Assembly: GCA_018334055.1 (NCBI GenBank)
Contig: JAGXSS010000109.1
Span: 1,260-65,259, forward strand
Direction: 5' to 3'
Length of the DNA: 64,000 nt
Source of the DNA: Peptococcaceae bacterium
Lineage (GTDB): Bacteria > Bacillota > UBA994
In this document: positions 1 to 9,978 of the stretch, piece by piece
How positions within the stretch are numbered: position 1 is the stretch's first letter
Layout: every line of letters begins with the position of its first letter
Notes under the pieces: model-generated
The model's database searches: none
Seen by the model: the letters and a program-made list of their open reading frames with translations, nothing else
Told to the model about the DNA's origin: nothing
Made by a program: the position numbers and the translations under genes

Positions 1-1305
1 TCCCTGCTGCTCAACCTTGTAACCGGTCAGAATCGCTTCCACAACGGTAACTACGTTTTGACCTATTTTCGCCGCCCAGCCGCGAAAGCGTTCGCTATTC
101 CACTGCACATACTGCTGATGGTTTGGCGGCATATGCGCCTCAATCGTACAGTACTGCCCACGTTTCCCATGGAGCCGGGCATGTGAGCAGATGCGTGCGC
201 CCTCAAAGAACACCTCGACCACATTGCGCGTTAAGCGCACGTCAACCTTACGTTTGATGTACTCATAGGGTACAGAGTAATGCTGTTCATCCAAGGCGAT
301 GTGATAATTAAACGCAACAGTACCTACTTTCCACGTCGCCAGTTCAAAGGCATGATCGGAAAGGGCTAGGAGAGATATTCGCTCCTGCGCAAACAACATG
401 GCGCGGCTACCGTCTTTCCTCTGGAACGGCTTGTGGTTAAAGATGTGAAGTTTCTCTTTAATAACCTCATTCAACTCGCGCAAAGAAAAGAAGCGTTGGT
501 TACGGAGCGCCGCCAGTATCCAGGTGGAGATAATGCCCACAGTATTCTCGACCGTTGCCTTATCTTTGGGAGCGCGCACACGCGTGGGGATTACGGCCGT
601 GCCATAATGCTCGGCCATTTCTTGATAGCTCTTGTTAAGCACAACCTCAGCACGAGTGTTCTTGTTTACGCCCGTCTTCAAATTGTCTGGGACGAGGATG
701 CGTGTCACACCGCCCAGATAACAGTAGGCGTTGATATGCGCGGTAATCCACGCCTCCTGATCCTGCGAAAAGAATGCCTCAACGTAGCTATAACCGCTGT
801 ACGGGAGTGTAGCCACAAAGACATATGCGTCAATGACTCCACCTGTATCTGAATCTATAAGTTCCGCCTTTTGCCCTGCCCAATCTACCTCTAACAGTTC
901 GCCAGGTTTGCGATGGATATGCATCGTTGCTTTAGTTTGCACGGCAAAGTCCCGATAGTACTTCTTAAACTGCGTTAACTGGTATGGAATCTCATCGTTC
1001 TCACGACACTTTTCGCAGTACTCAAACCAGAGCAACTGCAATGTCACGCCAGGCTTTGTCAGCTCACGGTGAACCCAAGTGTAATCTGGCAACTTGTAGC
1101 TAGGCTTGCCTTCTTCCTTGGGGTACAATCGTTCCCCAAGCTCCCGGTCAGACAGCTCTTCGGTCGTTTGCCAGCGCAACCCTTGTGACTCCGCACACCG
1201 TAGAATTTTGATCACGGTCGGGCGAGAGATTCCCGCACTCGCGGCAATCTTGCTGTGGTTGAGTCCTAAGTTATGCAACCGCAGAACCTCTCTGTAGTCG
1301 GTCAT
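1..1305 (-). CDS. istA: IS21-family transposase IstA (3' end outside window; missing from ORF track)
   Basis: RBS AAGGAGG then ATG; reads MTDYREVLRLHNLGLNHSKIAASAGISRPTV (HTH)...TMHIHRKPGELLEVDWAG...VPDNLKTGV, typical IstA DDE motifs. Confidence 0.9.
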   Translation of the reverse strand, partial: MTDYREVLRLHNLGLNHSKIAASAGISRPTVIKILRCAESQGLRWQTTEELSDRELGERLYPKEEGKPSYKLPDYTWVHRELTKPGVTLQLLWFEYCEKCRENDEIPYQLTQFKKYYRDFAVQTKATMHIHRKPGELLEVDWAGQKAELIDSDTGGVIDAYVFVATLPYSGYSYVEAFFSQDQEAWITAHINAYCYLGGVTRILVPDNLKTGVNKNTRAEVVLNKSYQEMAEHYGTAVIPTRVRAPKDKATVENTVGIISTWILAALRNQRFFSLRELNEVIKEKLHIFNHKPFQRKDGSRAMLFAQERISLLALSDHAFELATWKVGTVAFNYHIALDEQHYSVPYEYIKRKVDVRLTRNVVEVFFEGARICSHARLHGKRGQYCTIEAHMPPNHQQYVQWNSERFRGWAAKIGQNVVTVVEAILTGYKVEQQG

Positions 1306-1466
1306 TTGATGACCTCCTTGGATGTATTTACGCCGTCAATACGACGCATGAACCCAATTCTACTACAGACTTAAGGTGTAAAGGCGCGCGACGGGACTGT
1401 CAAATTATCGCGCTGTGAGTGTAAAATCTCCGCGGCTCAAGTGTTAAGTTAGATGCGACGTATTCA
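1..1466 (-). mobile_element. IS21-family insertion sequence, left end and istA; continues beyond window start
   Basis: Minus-strand end 5'-TGAATACGTCGC at 1466 with several subterminal ~20-bp imperfect repeats (gtgtaaa/ctgtcaaa/gtgtaaaa/gtgttaa units, 1376-1460), followed by an IstA ORF. Confidence 0.85.
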
Positions 1467-1620
1467 CTTACCTCTTGTTAAGCTTCGTAAGCCCTCCGGC
1501 CATAACTACAGTATGGATGTGCGGGTGGTACTGAAGATCTTGCCCCCAAGTGTGGAGTATGCAAAAGAAGCCTGGTTGTGCTCCGAGATGTTTGGGATCG
1601 TTGCTTAGTGTTACTGCTAG
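1467..1620 (-). pseudogene. IS91-family transposase fragment
   Basis: Translates as DPKHLGAQPGFFCILHTWGQDLQYHPHIHTVVMAGGL, the IS91/IS1294 HUH motif; truncated at the IS21 end. Confidence 0.85.
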
Positions 1621-1621
1621 C

Positions 1622-1770
1622 TCATACTGTTCGCCAGAAGACGGCGTAACTGGAACTGTCCGAGTGCCTCTGTTGGCTGAGGCACTTAGCTGCTACAGCC
1701 AGGCCGTCGACCGACTTCCGTAAATCTGTCTGACCTGTGGCCAGATACACCCGGTCATAGACCGAGAGAA
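1622..1770 (-). pseudogene. IS66 accessory protein TnpB (orf2) fragment
   Basis: Translates as RVYLATGQTDLRKSVDGLA, the IS66 TnpB signature, then degenerates to a stop. Confidence 0.75.
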
Positions 1771-1773
1771 CAG

Positions 1774-1808
1774 AAAGATGCCTGGCCGCGAGGCCAGGCA
1801 TCTTTTTT
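1774..1808. terminator. Intrinsic terminator hairpin
   Basis: aaagatgcctggcc-gcga-ggccaggcatcttt inverted repeat with T/A tracts, just downstream of the M23 gene. Confidence 0.8.
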
Positions 1809-1820
1809 ACTTCAGGGAAC

Positions 1821-2624
1821 TTACCTGAACATGGGGGTCGGGTCTACGGATTCACCGTCTTTGAAGAGGGCAAAGTACATTTGGGGACTTTCGGCACCTT
1901 TCGCCGGGGGGTTTGCTCCCAAATGACCAATTTGCTGCCCCGCGGTGACTTCCTGCCCCACGCGCACCGCAACGCGTGCCAGGCTCGCGTACACCGTCTG
2001 CCAGCCGCTGCCGTGGTCGATGGTGAGCATGCTACCCCACTCAGGATCATCCTTGACAATACTCACCACACGTCCCCGGTGAGCGGCCATGACCGGCGTA
2101 CCCTGCGTAGCCTCAAGGCCGACCCCATGGTGAAATTGAAAGGCGCGGAATGTGGCCGACCACTGGAAGCCAAATGGAGCAATAATCGCGCCGGCAATGG
2201 GCTTAGTCAGTTGTGTAATTGTGACCGTTGGCAGGGCTACCGGCCGAGCCGGTTCCTCTTCCTGGACAGGGCTCTGGGTCGCGGGAGGAGTTTTGGGCGG
2301 TGGTTCGACGGCAAGTTGGGGCGGAGTGGTCACAATTACCGGCTCCAGCACCGGGGGATCGGGCAGTTCTGGGGTAGAGGGCGCTTCTATTGTCGGCCGT
2401 TCGGGCACTTGCAATCTCGGCGTGCCCTGCAAGCGAAAGGGACTATCCCACCACCACATACCTGCCAGGAGTACAGCCACCATTACGTAGGCGGTTAGCA
2501 AGAAGCGACGACTTCTCACTATGCGCACGATCCTCGCCGGACGCAGGCTAATCTGCCAACGATGCCAGTAGAGAATTGCCCTTAGTCTGACACGATTGAT
2601 AAGAACTTTAATTCGAGTAAGCAT
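1821..2624 (-). CDS. M23/LytM-domain membrane protein, probable SpoIIQ-like
   Basis: N-terminal TM, Pro-rich linker, C-terminal LytM fold with degenerate metal ligands (HHGVG, YASL); immediately downstream of spoIID; sigmaF-like promoter upstream. Confidence 0.75.
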   Translation of the reverse strand: MLTRIKVLINRVRLRAILYWHRWQISLRPARIVRIVRSRRFLLTAYVMVAVLLAGMWWWDSPFRLQGTPRLQVPERPTIEAPSTPELPDPPVLEPVIVTTPPQLAVEPPPKTPPATQSPVQEEEPARPVALPTVTITQLTKPIAGAIIAPFGFQWSATFRAFQFHHGVGLEATQGTPVMAAHRGRVVSIVKDDPEWGSMLTIDHGSGWQTVYASLARVAVRVGQEVTAGQQIGHLGANPPAKGAESPQMYFALFKDGESVDPTPMFR

Positions 2625-2645
2625 TTTGCCTTCACCTCTTAAAAG

Positions 2646-2675
2646 CAGTGTTGGCTATTTTTGCCTCGTTTATAC
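2646..2675 (-). promoter_or_regulatory. Putative sigmaF/sigmaG promoter of the SpoIIQ-like gene
   Basis: GTATA-15 nt-GCCAACACTG versus the sigmaF consensus GYATA-15-GGnnAnAHTR. Confidence 0.5.
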
Positions 2676-2696
2676 CAAAGAAGAGGAGGGTTGTGT

Positions 2697-3683
2697 CTAC
2701 CTACCTTCTATGCTGGCGAGGCTGACTCCTTGATAGTAAAACTTAAGAATGTAGGCGAAGTCCTTCCCGGCACTGGCCAAACCGTCGGCTCCCCACTGGC
2801 ACATGCCAACGCCATGGCCGTGGCCGCGAGTAGTAACGAGCACACTTTCCCGGGTGGCAACAATGGTGAAATTCGTGGAACGTAAGCCCAGAAGCCCCCG
2901 CATGACCGTGCCCGTCAAATGACGATTGCCCACCCGCAGCTCTTTTACCCGCCCACTTTCACTTCGCCGGAGAATTTCAATCGGCGACGGGCGACGAGTG
3001 AGATCGCGCACCGCCAGAATTGCCCCCCCTTCCTGTCCGACCAAAGCCAGAAACTCGGCGGGTGAAAATGTTTTCTGTTCGATAAAGCGATTTGAATGTG
3101 TGCAGAACCCGCATATGCGTCCGCTAAGATAAGGATAGCGATTTGCCCAAACTTTTTCCGCGTATTCCGTCCTGCCACCACAGGTCGAATGATAAATGGG
3201 GTCAATCACCCGACCGCGATAGGTCAGTATCTGATGGGCGGTATTTGCGACTGCCTGTTGTATTTTTTCCATGTTGCCGCTGAAATCTATCAACCCCCAC
3301 TTCAGCTGCAAGGCACTTGGTGGCAAGTATGCTTGACAGTGGGCTGGGTCATCGCAGACATCAGCCAAAGGATGCCGACCACAGCCAACGCCACCAAACT
3401 TTCTCGCGCGGCGGACCACATAGGTTCTCGCCGCTACCGCTTGCGCCTCTAGTGCCGCCATAGCAAACCGGGCCGGCATTTCGGCCGCCACCACTCCCGC
3501 CACATACTCCTCTAAGGGGAGTACAACTATTTGGCCAGTGCCCGTCAAAAATAGGTTGATCATTCTGGGGCTGTCCAATTGTTCGGGGGGTGGCATAAGC
3601 CACCCCCTCGCTAATACTATTATGCCTGGAACAATGATGATGATGAGAGCCATGACCACGAAATATCGCAACAGGAAAGCCAT
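2697..3683 (-). CDS. spoIID: Stage II sporulation protein D (lytic transglycosylase)
   Basis: LEEYVAGVVAAEMP, ALEAQAVAARTY, HCQAY, GHGVGMCQWGA motifs; murA-spoIID synteny. Confidence 0.95.
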   Translation of the reverse strand: MAFLLRYFVVMALIIIIVPGIIVLARGWLMPPPEQLDSPRMINLFLTGTGQIVVLPLEEYVAGVVAAEMPARFAMAALEAQAVAARTYVVRRARKFGGVGCGRHPLADVCDDPAHCQAYLPPSALQLKWGLIDFSGNMEKIQQAVANTAHQILTYRGRVIDPIYHSTCGGRTEYAEKVWANRYPYLSGRICGFCTHSNRFIEQKTFSPAEFLALVGQEGGAILAVRDLTRRPSPIEILRRSESGRVKELRVGNRHLTGTVMRGLLGLRSTNFTIVATRESVLVTTRGHGHGVGMCQWGADGLASAGKDFAYILKFYYQGVSLASIEGR

Positions 3684-3706
3684 GCCTATCCCCCCTTGGC
3701 ATACTA

Positions 3707-3734
3707 ACTATATGCCTCAAGGGCCTACTTAGAA
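3707..3734 (-). promoter_or_regulatory. Putative sigmaE promoter of spoIID
   Basis: TTCTAA-14 nt-CATATAGT resembles the sigmaE consensus; spoIID is a known sigmaE gene. Confidence 0.55.
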
Positions 3735-3751
3735 GCCAAACACCGCTCCCC

Positions 3752-5002
3752 CTATTTTTTGCAGATGTCTGCGCCGACCTCCTGCAGCTTACGGACGATA
3801 TCCGCATAACCACGTTCGATATGGGTCACGCCACTTATCTCGGTCACACCTTGCGCCGCAAGCCCTGCCAATATAAGTGCCGCACCCGCCCGCAAATCCG
3901 AAGCGGCAACCGGCGCCCCGGAGAGATTGGTCACGCCCTTAATGATGGCATTACGCCCCTCGGTGCGTATATGTGCGCCCATGCGGCGAAGTTCTGGCAC
4001 ATGCATGAAGCGGTTCTCGAAGACTGTCTCCGTAATCATGCTCGTGCCCTGCCCCCGACATAAAAGGGCCATCATCTGCGGCTGCATATCCGTGGGAAAG
4101 CCTGGGTAGGGGAGCGTCTTCACGTCCACCGGCAAAATGTTGCCGCTCCCGATGACACGGACGCTATCCCCCAGCACCTCGATCGCGACCCCAATCTCAC
4201 GCAATTTGGCGATTACGCTGACGACATGCTCGGGAATAACATTTTCTACCACCAAATCGCCCGCGGTAATGGCCGCAGCCATCATGTAGGTTCCTGCCTC
4301 AATGCGATCGGGGATGACACGGTAGTAAGGGGCACGGAACGCCGACCGGCCGGTGATGACGATAGTGTCGGTGCCCGCCCCATCGACTCTTCCCCCCATG
4401 CAGTTGATGAAACAGGCAAGGTCTACAATCTCCGGCTCTTCAGCAGCATTCTGGATTATAGACACCCCGTCAGCAAAGCACGCAGCCATCATGATATTCT
4501 CGGTCGCCCCGACACTAGGGTAATCCAAATAGATGGTATTACCTATCAGGCGCTCAGCAGTAGCCTCGACAAAGCCATGGCCGACCACGATATCCGCACC
4601 AAGCAACCCGAAGCCCTTGAGGTGAAGGTCTATAGGGCGCGTGCCGATGGCACATCCGCCGGGTAAAGAAACTTTGGCCTTTCCTAGGCGTCCGAGCAAT
4701 GGACCCATGATGAGCACCGAGGCTCTCATCTGGCTGATGAGGTTGTAGGGAGCGTCATTGCCGTTCAGATTTTGGCAGTCAATCTCAATTTCATCGTCTA
4801 TATAGTTGATGTGGCCGCCGAGATGCCGGATTACTTCAAGCATGGTTGTCACGTCGTTTAACTCTGGTACCGATTCGAGCCTCGTCTTGCCATCGGTAGC
4901 CATGAGCGATGCCGCCAACAAGGGCAGTACCGCGTTTTTCGCTCCGCTGACTGCTATTTTCCCAATTAAGGGCATCCCTCCGCGCACAAGCATTGTTGCC
5001 AT
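3752..5002 (-). CDS. murA: UDP-N-acetylglucosamine 1-carboxyvinyltransferase
   Basis: GAKNAVLP, LPGGCAIGTRP (active Cys), PYPGFPTDMQ. Confidence 0.98.
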   Translation of the reverse strand: MATMLVRGGMPLIGKIAVSGAKNAVLPLLAASLMATDGKTRLESVPELNDVTTMLEVIRHLGGHINYIDDEIEIDCQNLNGNDAPYNLISQMRASVLIMGPLLGRLGKAKVSLPGGCAIGTRPIDLHLKGFGLLGADIVVGHGFVEATAERLIGNTIYLDYPSVGATENIMMAACFADGVSIIQNAAEEPEIVDLACFINCMGGRVDGAGTDTIVITGRSAFRAPYYRVIPDRIEAGTYMMAAAITAGDLVVENVIPEHVVSVIAKLREIGVAIEVLGDSVRVIGSGNILPVDVKTLPYPGFPTDMQPQMMALLCRGQGTSMITETVFENRFMHVPELRRMGAHIRTEGRNAIIKGVTNLSGAPVAASDLRAGAALILAGLAAQGVTEISGVTHIERGYADIVRKLQEVGADICKK

Positions 5003-5064
5003 AAAATACCACCTCCTTGCCTACTTATGGCGACGACTATATTATGCCCAACTTCATGGCATAG

Positions 5065-5808
5065 CTAGATGGAAAGACTTAATGTCGGTGTTGCTAGCCA
5101 GATGTGGGTTATGTTATTTTCTGGATCAAAACGCAGCATCAGCGACCAATTGCTGTGCCTGCCAGCCATTTTCACCCCGCGGGGCAGCTCTCGGCTATAG
5201 CCGACTAAATTGACACCATGCCCATCGCTAAAAAACTCTTGCGTCTCGGCCCGTAAAGCGCCGAGCACTCTGGCGACAACCATTGCCGCCTCCTCGGAAG
5301 ATAGCTGGCCCGCTAGAACACCGATAAAGCACGTGGTGACAGTGGGGCGTAGTCCTACAGCCAGAAAGAAAGCGTGCAGGGTAGACTCCACACTGTCTAT
5401 GGAGTAACCCGGCACAGCGGTCTTCAAGGTCAGCACCAAATAAGTTTCGTGAGTGCCACCGTGAGATATGGTTTGCACATTGGCATCTACCGCATAGACC
5501 GCGGTGACAAAACTGGCATAGGCAAAGATTGTACCGCCTTCCGCCCAAGATGTAATCTCGGGCGGATACATCCCAAAGGCGGCCAATGAGGCTCTGCGCA
5601 ATCTGCTGACAAGCTGATCGATACTCTGAGGAACAGTGGTGGCACGTGCCCAACCATTCATATTAATCTCGAGCAAAGCTGCCTGCGAGGCGGCGAAAGC
5701 TCGAGCTAAGTTGTTGAGGTCCTGCCCTTCGCTGGTTAAACACCACGACATGCCGGCTCCAAGGAGTACCAAGACGAGCATCAGTAGCACAGCAATTAAT
5801 TTACGCAT
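5065..5808 (-). CDS. YwmB-family exported protein
   Basis: Signal peptide, C-terminal LATP motif, conserved position between ATP synthase operon and murA. Confidence 0.65.
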   Translation of the reverse strand: MRKLIAVLLMLVLVLLGAGMSWCLTSEGQDLNNLARAFAASQAALLEINMNGWARATTVPQSIDQLVSRLRRASLAAFGMYPPEITSWAEGGTIFAYASFVTAVYAVDANVQTISHGGTHETYLVLTLKTAVPGYSIDSVESTLHAFFLAVGLRPTVTTCFIGVLAGQLSSEEAAMVVARVLGALRAETQEFFSDGHGVNLVGYSRELPRGVKMAGRHSNWSLMLRFDPENNITHIWLATPTLSLSI

Positions 5809-5872
5809 TTCTTTCCCCTCCCTTTGACCATGATTATTGGTCTAAAGGGCGAGACTTATACGAAAACAGCAA

Positions 5873-6493
5873 TTACTTTGCGCGCACCACATCTTTAATC
5901 TTCATGAGGCGCGTTATGGCAGCGCGTTCTTGCTCGCTGAGCTTCATGGCGATGCTCTTCACCGTCTTTTCTAGATTGGGGATGAGCACATATTCCAGGG
6001 CATTAACACGCCTTCTGGTCTTTTCAATTTCCTCCGCCAGTAAGTCCAAGGAACGCTCTACGGAGGCTAGCTCCACCAATAAGGGTAGTACCGCCGAGAA
6101 GGTGTCCAAGGCCGCGTCGAGGTCGCTGGAGGACGATGCCAGCCCATAGCTGTACATGGCGCCCTCTTGTTGCAAGGTAAAGACCGGGGCAATGATCGAC
6201 ATCATGCGGACTTCCTTGATACTGATCTCAACTTGTTGCGTCGGAAACATGATGGCCTCTTCCAAAACCTCGGGCGACATCACCGCACGGGCGACTAGGA
6301 AGCTCCGGTAAGCCTCCATCAGTCGCTTTTCGACGGTGAGCCGCATATTTTTGACATCGCGGATTAGCGCCATAAAACGCTTCATCAGTTCATCACGCTT
6401 GTCCTTGAGCAGCTTGTGCCCCCGCTTGGCCACGCGCACCCTCTTCTTGAGCCGCAGCAACTCCATGCGGGTAGGATTAATTCTAAGATTCAT
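5873..6493 (-). CDS. atpD: A/V-type ATP synthase subunit D
   Basis: NPTRMEL...RGHKLLKDKRDEL...TRRRVNALEY. Confidence 0.96.
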   Translation of the reverse strand: MNLRINPTRMELLRLKKRVRVAKRGHKLLKDKRDELMKRFMALIRDVKNMRLTVEKRLMEAYRSFLVARAVMSPEVLEEAIMFPTQQVEISIKEVRMMSIIAPVFTLQQEGAMYSYGLASSSSDLDAALDTFSAVLPLLVELASVERSLDLLAEEIEKTRRRVNALEYVLIPNLEKTVKSIAMKLSEQERAAITRLMKIKDVVRAK

Positions 6494-6512
6494 ACTACCT
6501 CACCTCGCCGCA

Positions 6513-7889
6513 TCAAACGGTGGGGGGCAAGTACTTCGTAATATGCTCCTCACGCACCCTCTTTAGCTCCGCAACCGGCAATATCGCCAAGAGCTCCCAT
6601 GCCAAATTGAGGGTGGTGATGATGTCGCGGTCTGTATATTCCCCTTGAGCTACAAAGCGGCGCTCAAACTCATCGGCAAACTTGGAGAATTTCTTGTCCG
6701 TCTCCGACAGGGCGGCCTCACCAAGGATAACGGCTAGCTCTTTAACTTCTTTCCCGCGGCTATAGGCGGCAAAAAGTTGATTTAGCACACCACTATGGTC
6801 CTCGCGAGTCTTCCCCTGACCAATGCCCTTGTCCTTTAGGCGTGAAAGCGACGGCAGCACATCGACTGAGGGGTAGATGCCCTTGCGGTGCAGTTCTCTG
6901 CCGAGGATGATCTGGCCCTCGGTAATGTAACCGGTCAAGTCGGGGATGGGGTGAGTCTTGTCGTCCTCAGGCATGGTCAGAATGGGAATCTGGGTGATAG
7001 AACCGGGCTTGCCCTTAACCCTGCCCGCCCTTTCGTACAGCGTGGAAAGATCGGTATAGAGGTAGCCGGGGTAGCCACGGCGGCCGGGCACTTCTTTACG
7101 CGCCGCGGAAATTTCGCGCAGGGCTTCGGCGTAGTTGGTCATGTCGGTCATAATTACCAAGACATGCATGCCCTTTTCGTAAGCCAGGTACTCGGCGCAG
7201 GTCAGGGCGATGCGGGGGGTGGCAATGCGCTCAATGGTGGGGTCGCTCGCCAAATTGACGAACAACACCGCCCGGTCAATAGCCCCCGTCTTGCGGAAGT
7301 CGCTGATAAAGAAATCGGCCTCTTCAAAGGTAATACCCATCGCCGCAAAGACAACCGCAAATTCCCCTGCATCCCCGAGCACCTTGGCTTGGCGGGCAAT
7401 CTGGGCCGCCAAACGAGCATGAGGCAGTCCCGAACCCGTGAAGATGGGGAGCTTCTGCCCACGCACTAGGGTGTTCATGCCATCGATGGTGGATATCCCC
7501 GTTTGGATAAACTCGGAGGGATAGGCACGAGAGTAAGGATTCATGGGGCTACCATTGATGTCGAGGCGTTTTTCCGGGATAATCGGCGCTCCGCCATCCA
7601 GAGGTTTGCCAAAGCCATCGAAAACTCGTCCCAGCATGTCTAACGACACCGGGAATTCTATGACCTTGCCGAGGAAGCGCACCTTGCTTTTTTCCATATT
7701 GAGCCCGGCCGTGCCTTCAAAAATCTGCACGAGGGCCTTGCCAGCCATGGCCTCAAGGACACGTCCGCGGCGAATCTCACCGCTCGGGAGCTCGACCTCG
7801 ACCAGCTCCTCGTACTTGACGCCTTCAACCTTGTCCACCAACATCAGCGGACCGGCTACCTCGGCAATGGTACGGTATTCTTTATGCAT
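6513..7889 (-). CDS. atpB: A/V-type ATP synthase subunit B
   Basis: [34 protein letters not shown]. Confidence 0.97.
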   Translation of the reverse strand: MHKEYRTIAEVAGPLMLVDKVEGVKYEELVEVELPSGEIRRGRVLEAMAGKALVQIFEGTAGLNMEKSKVRFLGKVIEFPVSLDMLGRVFDGFGKPLDGGAPIIPEKRLDINGSPMNPYSRAYPSEFIQTGISTIDGMNTLVRGQKLPIFTGSGLPHARLAAQIARQAKVLGDAGEFAVVFAAMGITFEEADFFISDFRKTGAIDRAVLFVNLASDPTIERIATPRIALTCAEYLAYEKGMHVLVIMTDMTNYAEALREISAARKEVPGRRGYPGYLYTDLSTLYERAGRVKGKPGSITQIPILTMPEDDKTHPIPDLTGYITEGQIILGRELHRKGIYPSVDVLPSLSRLKDKGIGQGKTREDHSGVLNQLFAAYSRGKEVKELAVILGEAALSETDKKFSKFADEFERRFVAQGEYTDRDIITTLNLAWELLAILPVAELKRVREEHITKYLPPTV

Positions 7890-7900
7890 TCTTACACCCC

Positions 7901-9649
7901 CTACTTCAACTGCTCGCGAATGCGTACTTCGATAGCATCAAAAGTCGCCATTTCGCTCTCAGGTAGATACTTCGCCCGGGCAATGTCCACGCGCACGGGG
8001 ACAGCCAGCGCTTTATCCAGCGACAGGCCACTTTCCAGCGCCCCCTGGGCTACCTGGCTAAACATGAGAATGAGTTTGAGCATGCGATATTGTTTGGTGA
8101 GCGAAGTAAAGGTATCTACTTCGTGGAAGGCATTTTGGTGCAAGAAATCTTCGCGAATGGACTTGGCGGTTTCGAGCACCAGTCTATCGCCGAAGCTGAG
8201 GGCATCAAGACCAACCAGGCGCACAATCTCTTCCAGCTCGGCCTCTTTCTGCAACAAGCGCATGGCCTCTTGGCGATAGTTGGCCCACTCTTGGCCGGCA
8301 TGGGTGTTAAAGTAGTTGTCTAAGCGGTCGGAGTACAAAGAATAGCTCTGTAGCCAGTAGATAGCCGGGAAATGGCGGGACTCAGCCAATCTGGCTTCCA
8401 GGCTCCAGAAAACCTTCGCCACGCGCAGGGTAGCCTGCGTCACAGGCTCGGACAGGTCACCGCCCGGAGGCGAGACTGCGCCGATGACGGTCAAGGAACC
8501 TTCTCGCCCGCCCAAACCAATCACATTGCCCGAACGCTCGTAGAACTCGGCGACGCGGGAACTCAAGTAGGCGGGGTACCCTTCTTCGCCGGGCATTTCC
8601 TCTAGACGACCCGACATTTCGCGCAAGGCCTCGGCCCAGCGCGAGGTGGAATCGGCCATAACCGCGATGGTGTAGCCCATGTCGCGGAAGTATTCCGCGA
8701 TGGTAATGCCGGTATAGATAGAAGCCTCGCGGGCGGCAACCGGCATGTTCGAAGTATTGGCAATGAGCACCGTGCGCTCCATGAGCGGGCGTCCGGTCTT
8801 GGGGTCGTGCAGCTCCGGGAACTCCATGAGCACGTCGGTCATTTCGTTGCCACGTTCACCGCAGCCGACATAGACGATGATCTGGGCATCGGACCACTTG
8901 GCCAGCTGATGCTGCACCACAGTCTTGCCCGAACCAAAGGGGCCCGGCACACAGGCCGTTCCGCCCTTCGCCACGGGGAAGAAGGTGTCGATGACGCGTT
9001 GACCGGTCGTCAGGGGCTGCATGGGGACTCTCTTTTCTAAGTAGGGGCGTGGTTTACGCACAGGCCACTTTTGCATCATGGTGAGCGATACCGACCCGCT
9101 GGCGGTCTTCATGGTGGCAACCACGTCGGTGACGAGCGCCTCGCCCTGGTGTATCCATTCGATAATGCCCTCCATGCCGGGAGGAACCATGATTTTGTGG
9201 GAGATAAGCGCGGTTTCTTGTACTGTGCCGATAATGTCGCCCGGTTTTACCTTAGTCGCCACGGCGACGATTGGGACAAAATCCCACTTCTTCGCGCGGT
9301 CAAGACTGGGTACTTGGATTCCTCTGGCGATAAATGTCCCCGACATCTCGGCAATTTTATCCAGAGGACGCTGAATGCCGTCATAAATGGTACTCATCAG
9401 CCCGGGGCCAAGTTCTACCGAAAGAGGCGCCCCGGTGGTGGTGACGGGTTCGCCCGGGCCAACGCCGGCGGTCTCCTCATATACTTGAATCGAGGCCCGA
9501 TCAGCGCGCATTTCGATGATTTCACCAATGAGCCCCAGACTGCCGACCTTGACCATGTCGTACATGCGCGCATGCGCCATGCCGGCGGCGATGACCAAGG
9601 GCCCGGAGACTTTGATAATTGTTCCTTCCTGCCTGGTGGTATCAGCCAT
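7901..9649 (-). CDS. atpA: A/V-type ATP synthase subunit A (catalytic)
   Basis: Walker [27 protein letters not shown]. Confidence 0.97.
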   Translation of the reverse strand: MADTTRQEGTIIKVSGPLVIAAGMAHARMYDMVKVGSLGLIGEIIEMRADRASIQVYEETAGVGPGEPVTTTGAPLSVELGPGLMSTIYDGIQRPLDKIAEMSGTFIARGIQVPSLDRAKKWDFVPIVAVATKVKPGDIIGTVQETALISHKIMVPPGMEGIIEWIHQGEALVTDVVATMKTASGSVSLTMMQKWPVRKPRPYLEKRVPMQPLTTGQRVIDTFFPVAKGGTACVPGPFGSGKTVVQHQLAKWSDAQIIVYVGCGERGNEMTDVLMEFPELHDPKTGRPLMERTVLIANTSNMPVAAREASIYTGITIAEYFRDMGYTIAVMADSTSRWAEALREMSGRLEEMPGEEGYPAYLSSRVAEFYERSGNVIGLGGREGSLTVIGAVSPPGGDLSEPVTQATLRVAKVFWSLEARLAESRHFPAIYWLQSYSLYSDRLDNYFNTHAGQEWANYRQEAMRLLQKEAELEEIVRLVGLDALSFGDRLVLETAKSIREDFLHQNAFHEVDTFTSLTKQYRMLKLILMFSQVAQGALESGLSLDKALAVPVRVDIARAKYLPESEMATFDAIEVRIREQLK

Positions 9650-9978
9650 CAGTTCTTCCCTACTTCCTTGAAAAGAATATCTACCCCAATAGCTCTTTCG
9701 ATCATCTTGCTCAAGCGCTTCTGCCCTAACCCGATGCTGCCCTGATTGTCAGGGATGAGGGAATATACGGGGAGCGCCCTGTCGCGATGCTCATGGAGCA
9801 TTTGGGCAACTCTGGCATAGGCACGCTCGGTGATGAGCACTACGGCAAAATTGTCCCGCATCACTTCTAGGACGGCCTGCTCGGTATCCGACTGTCCGCT
9901 GACCTCAAACGTTGCCAAACCTAGCGCCCTAAACCCCATGGTCGTATCGCGATCGCCGATTAAACCGATCTTATACAT
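9649..9978 (-). CDS. atpF: A/V-type ATP synthase subunit F
   Basis: [20 protein letters not shown]...ERAIGVDI; start reassigned to ATG at 9978. Confidence 0.93.
   Translation of the reverse strand: MYKIGLIGDRDTTMGFRALGLATFEVSGQSDTEQAVLEVMRDNFAVVLITERAYARVAQMLHEHRDRALPVYSLIPDNQGSIGLGQKRLSKMIERAIGVDILFKEVGKN

Noticed and set aside
433-1297. Plus-strand ORFs 433-852 and 1106-1297
   Set aside because: Antisense shadows of istA, which the ORF track missed because it runs off the window
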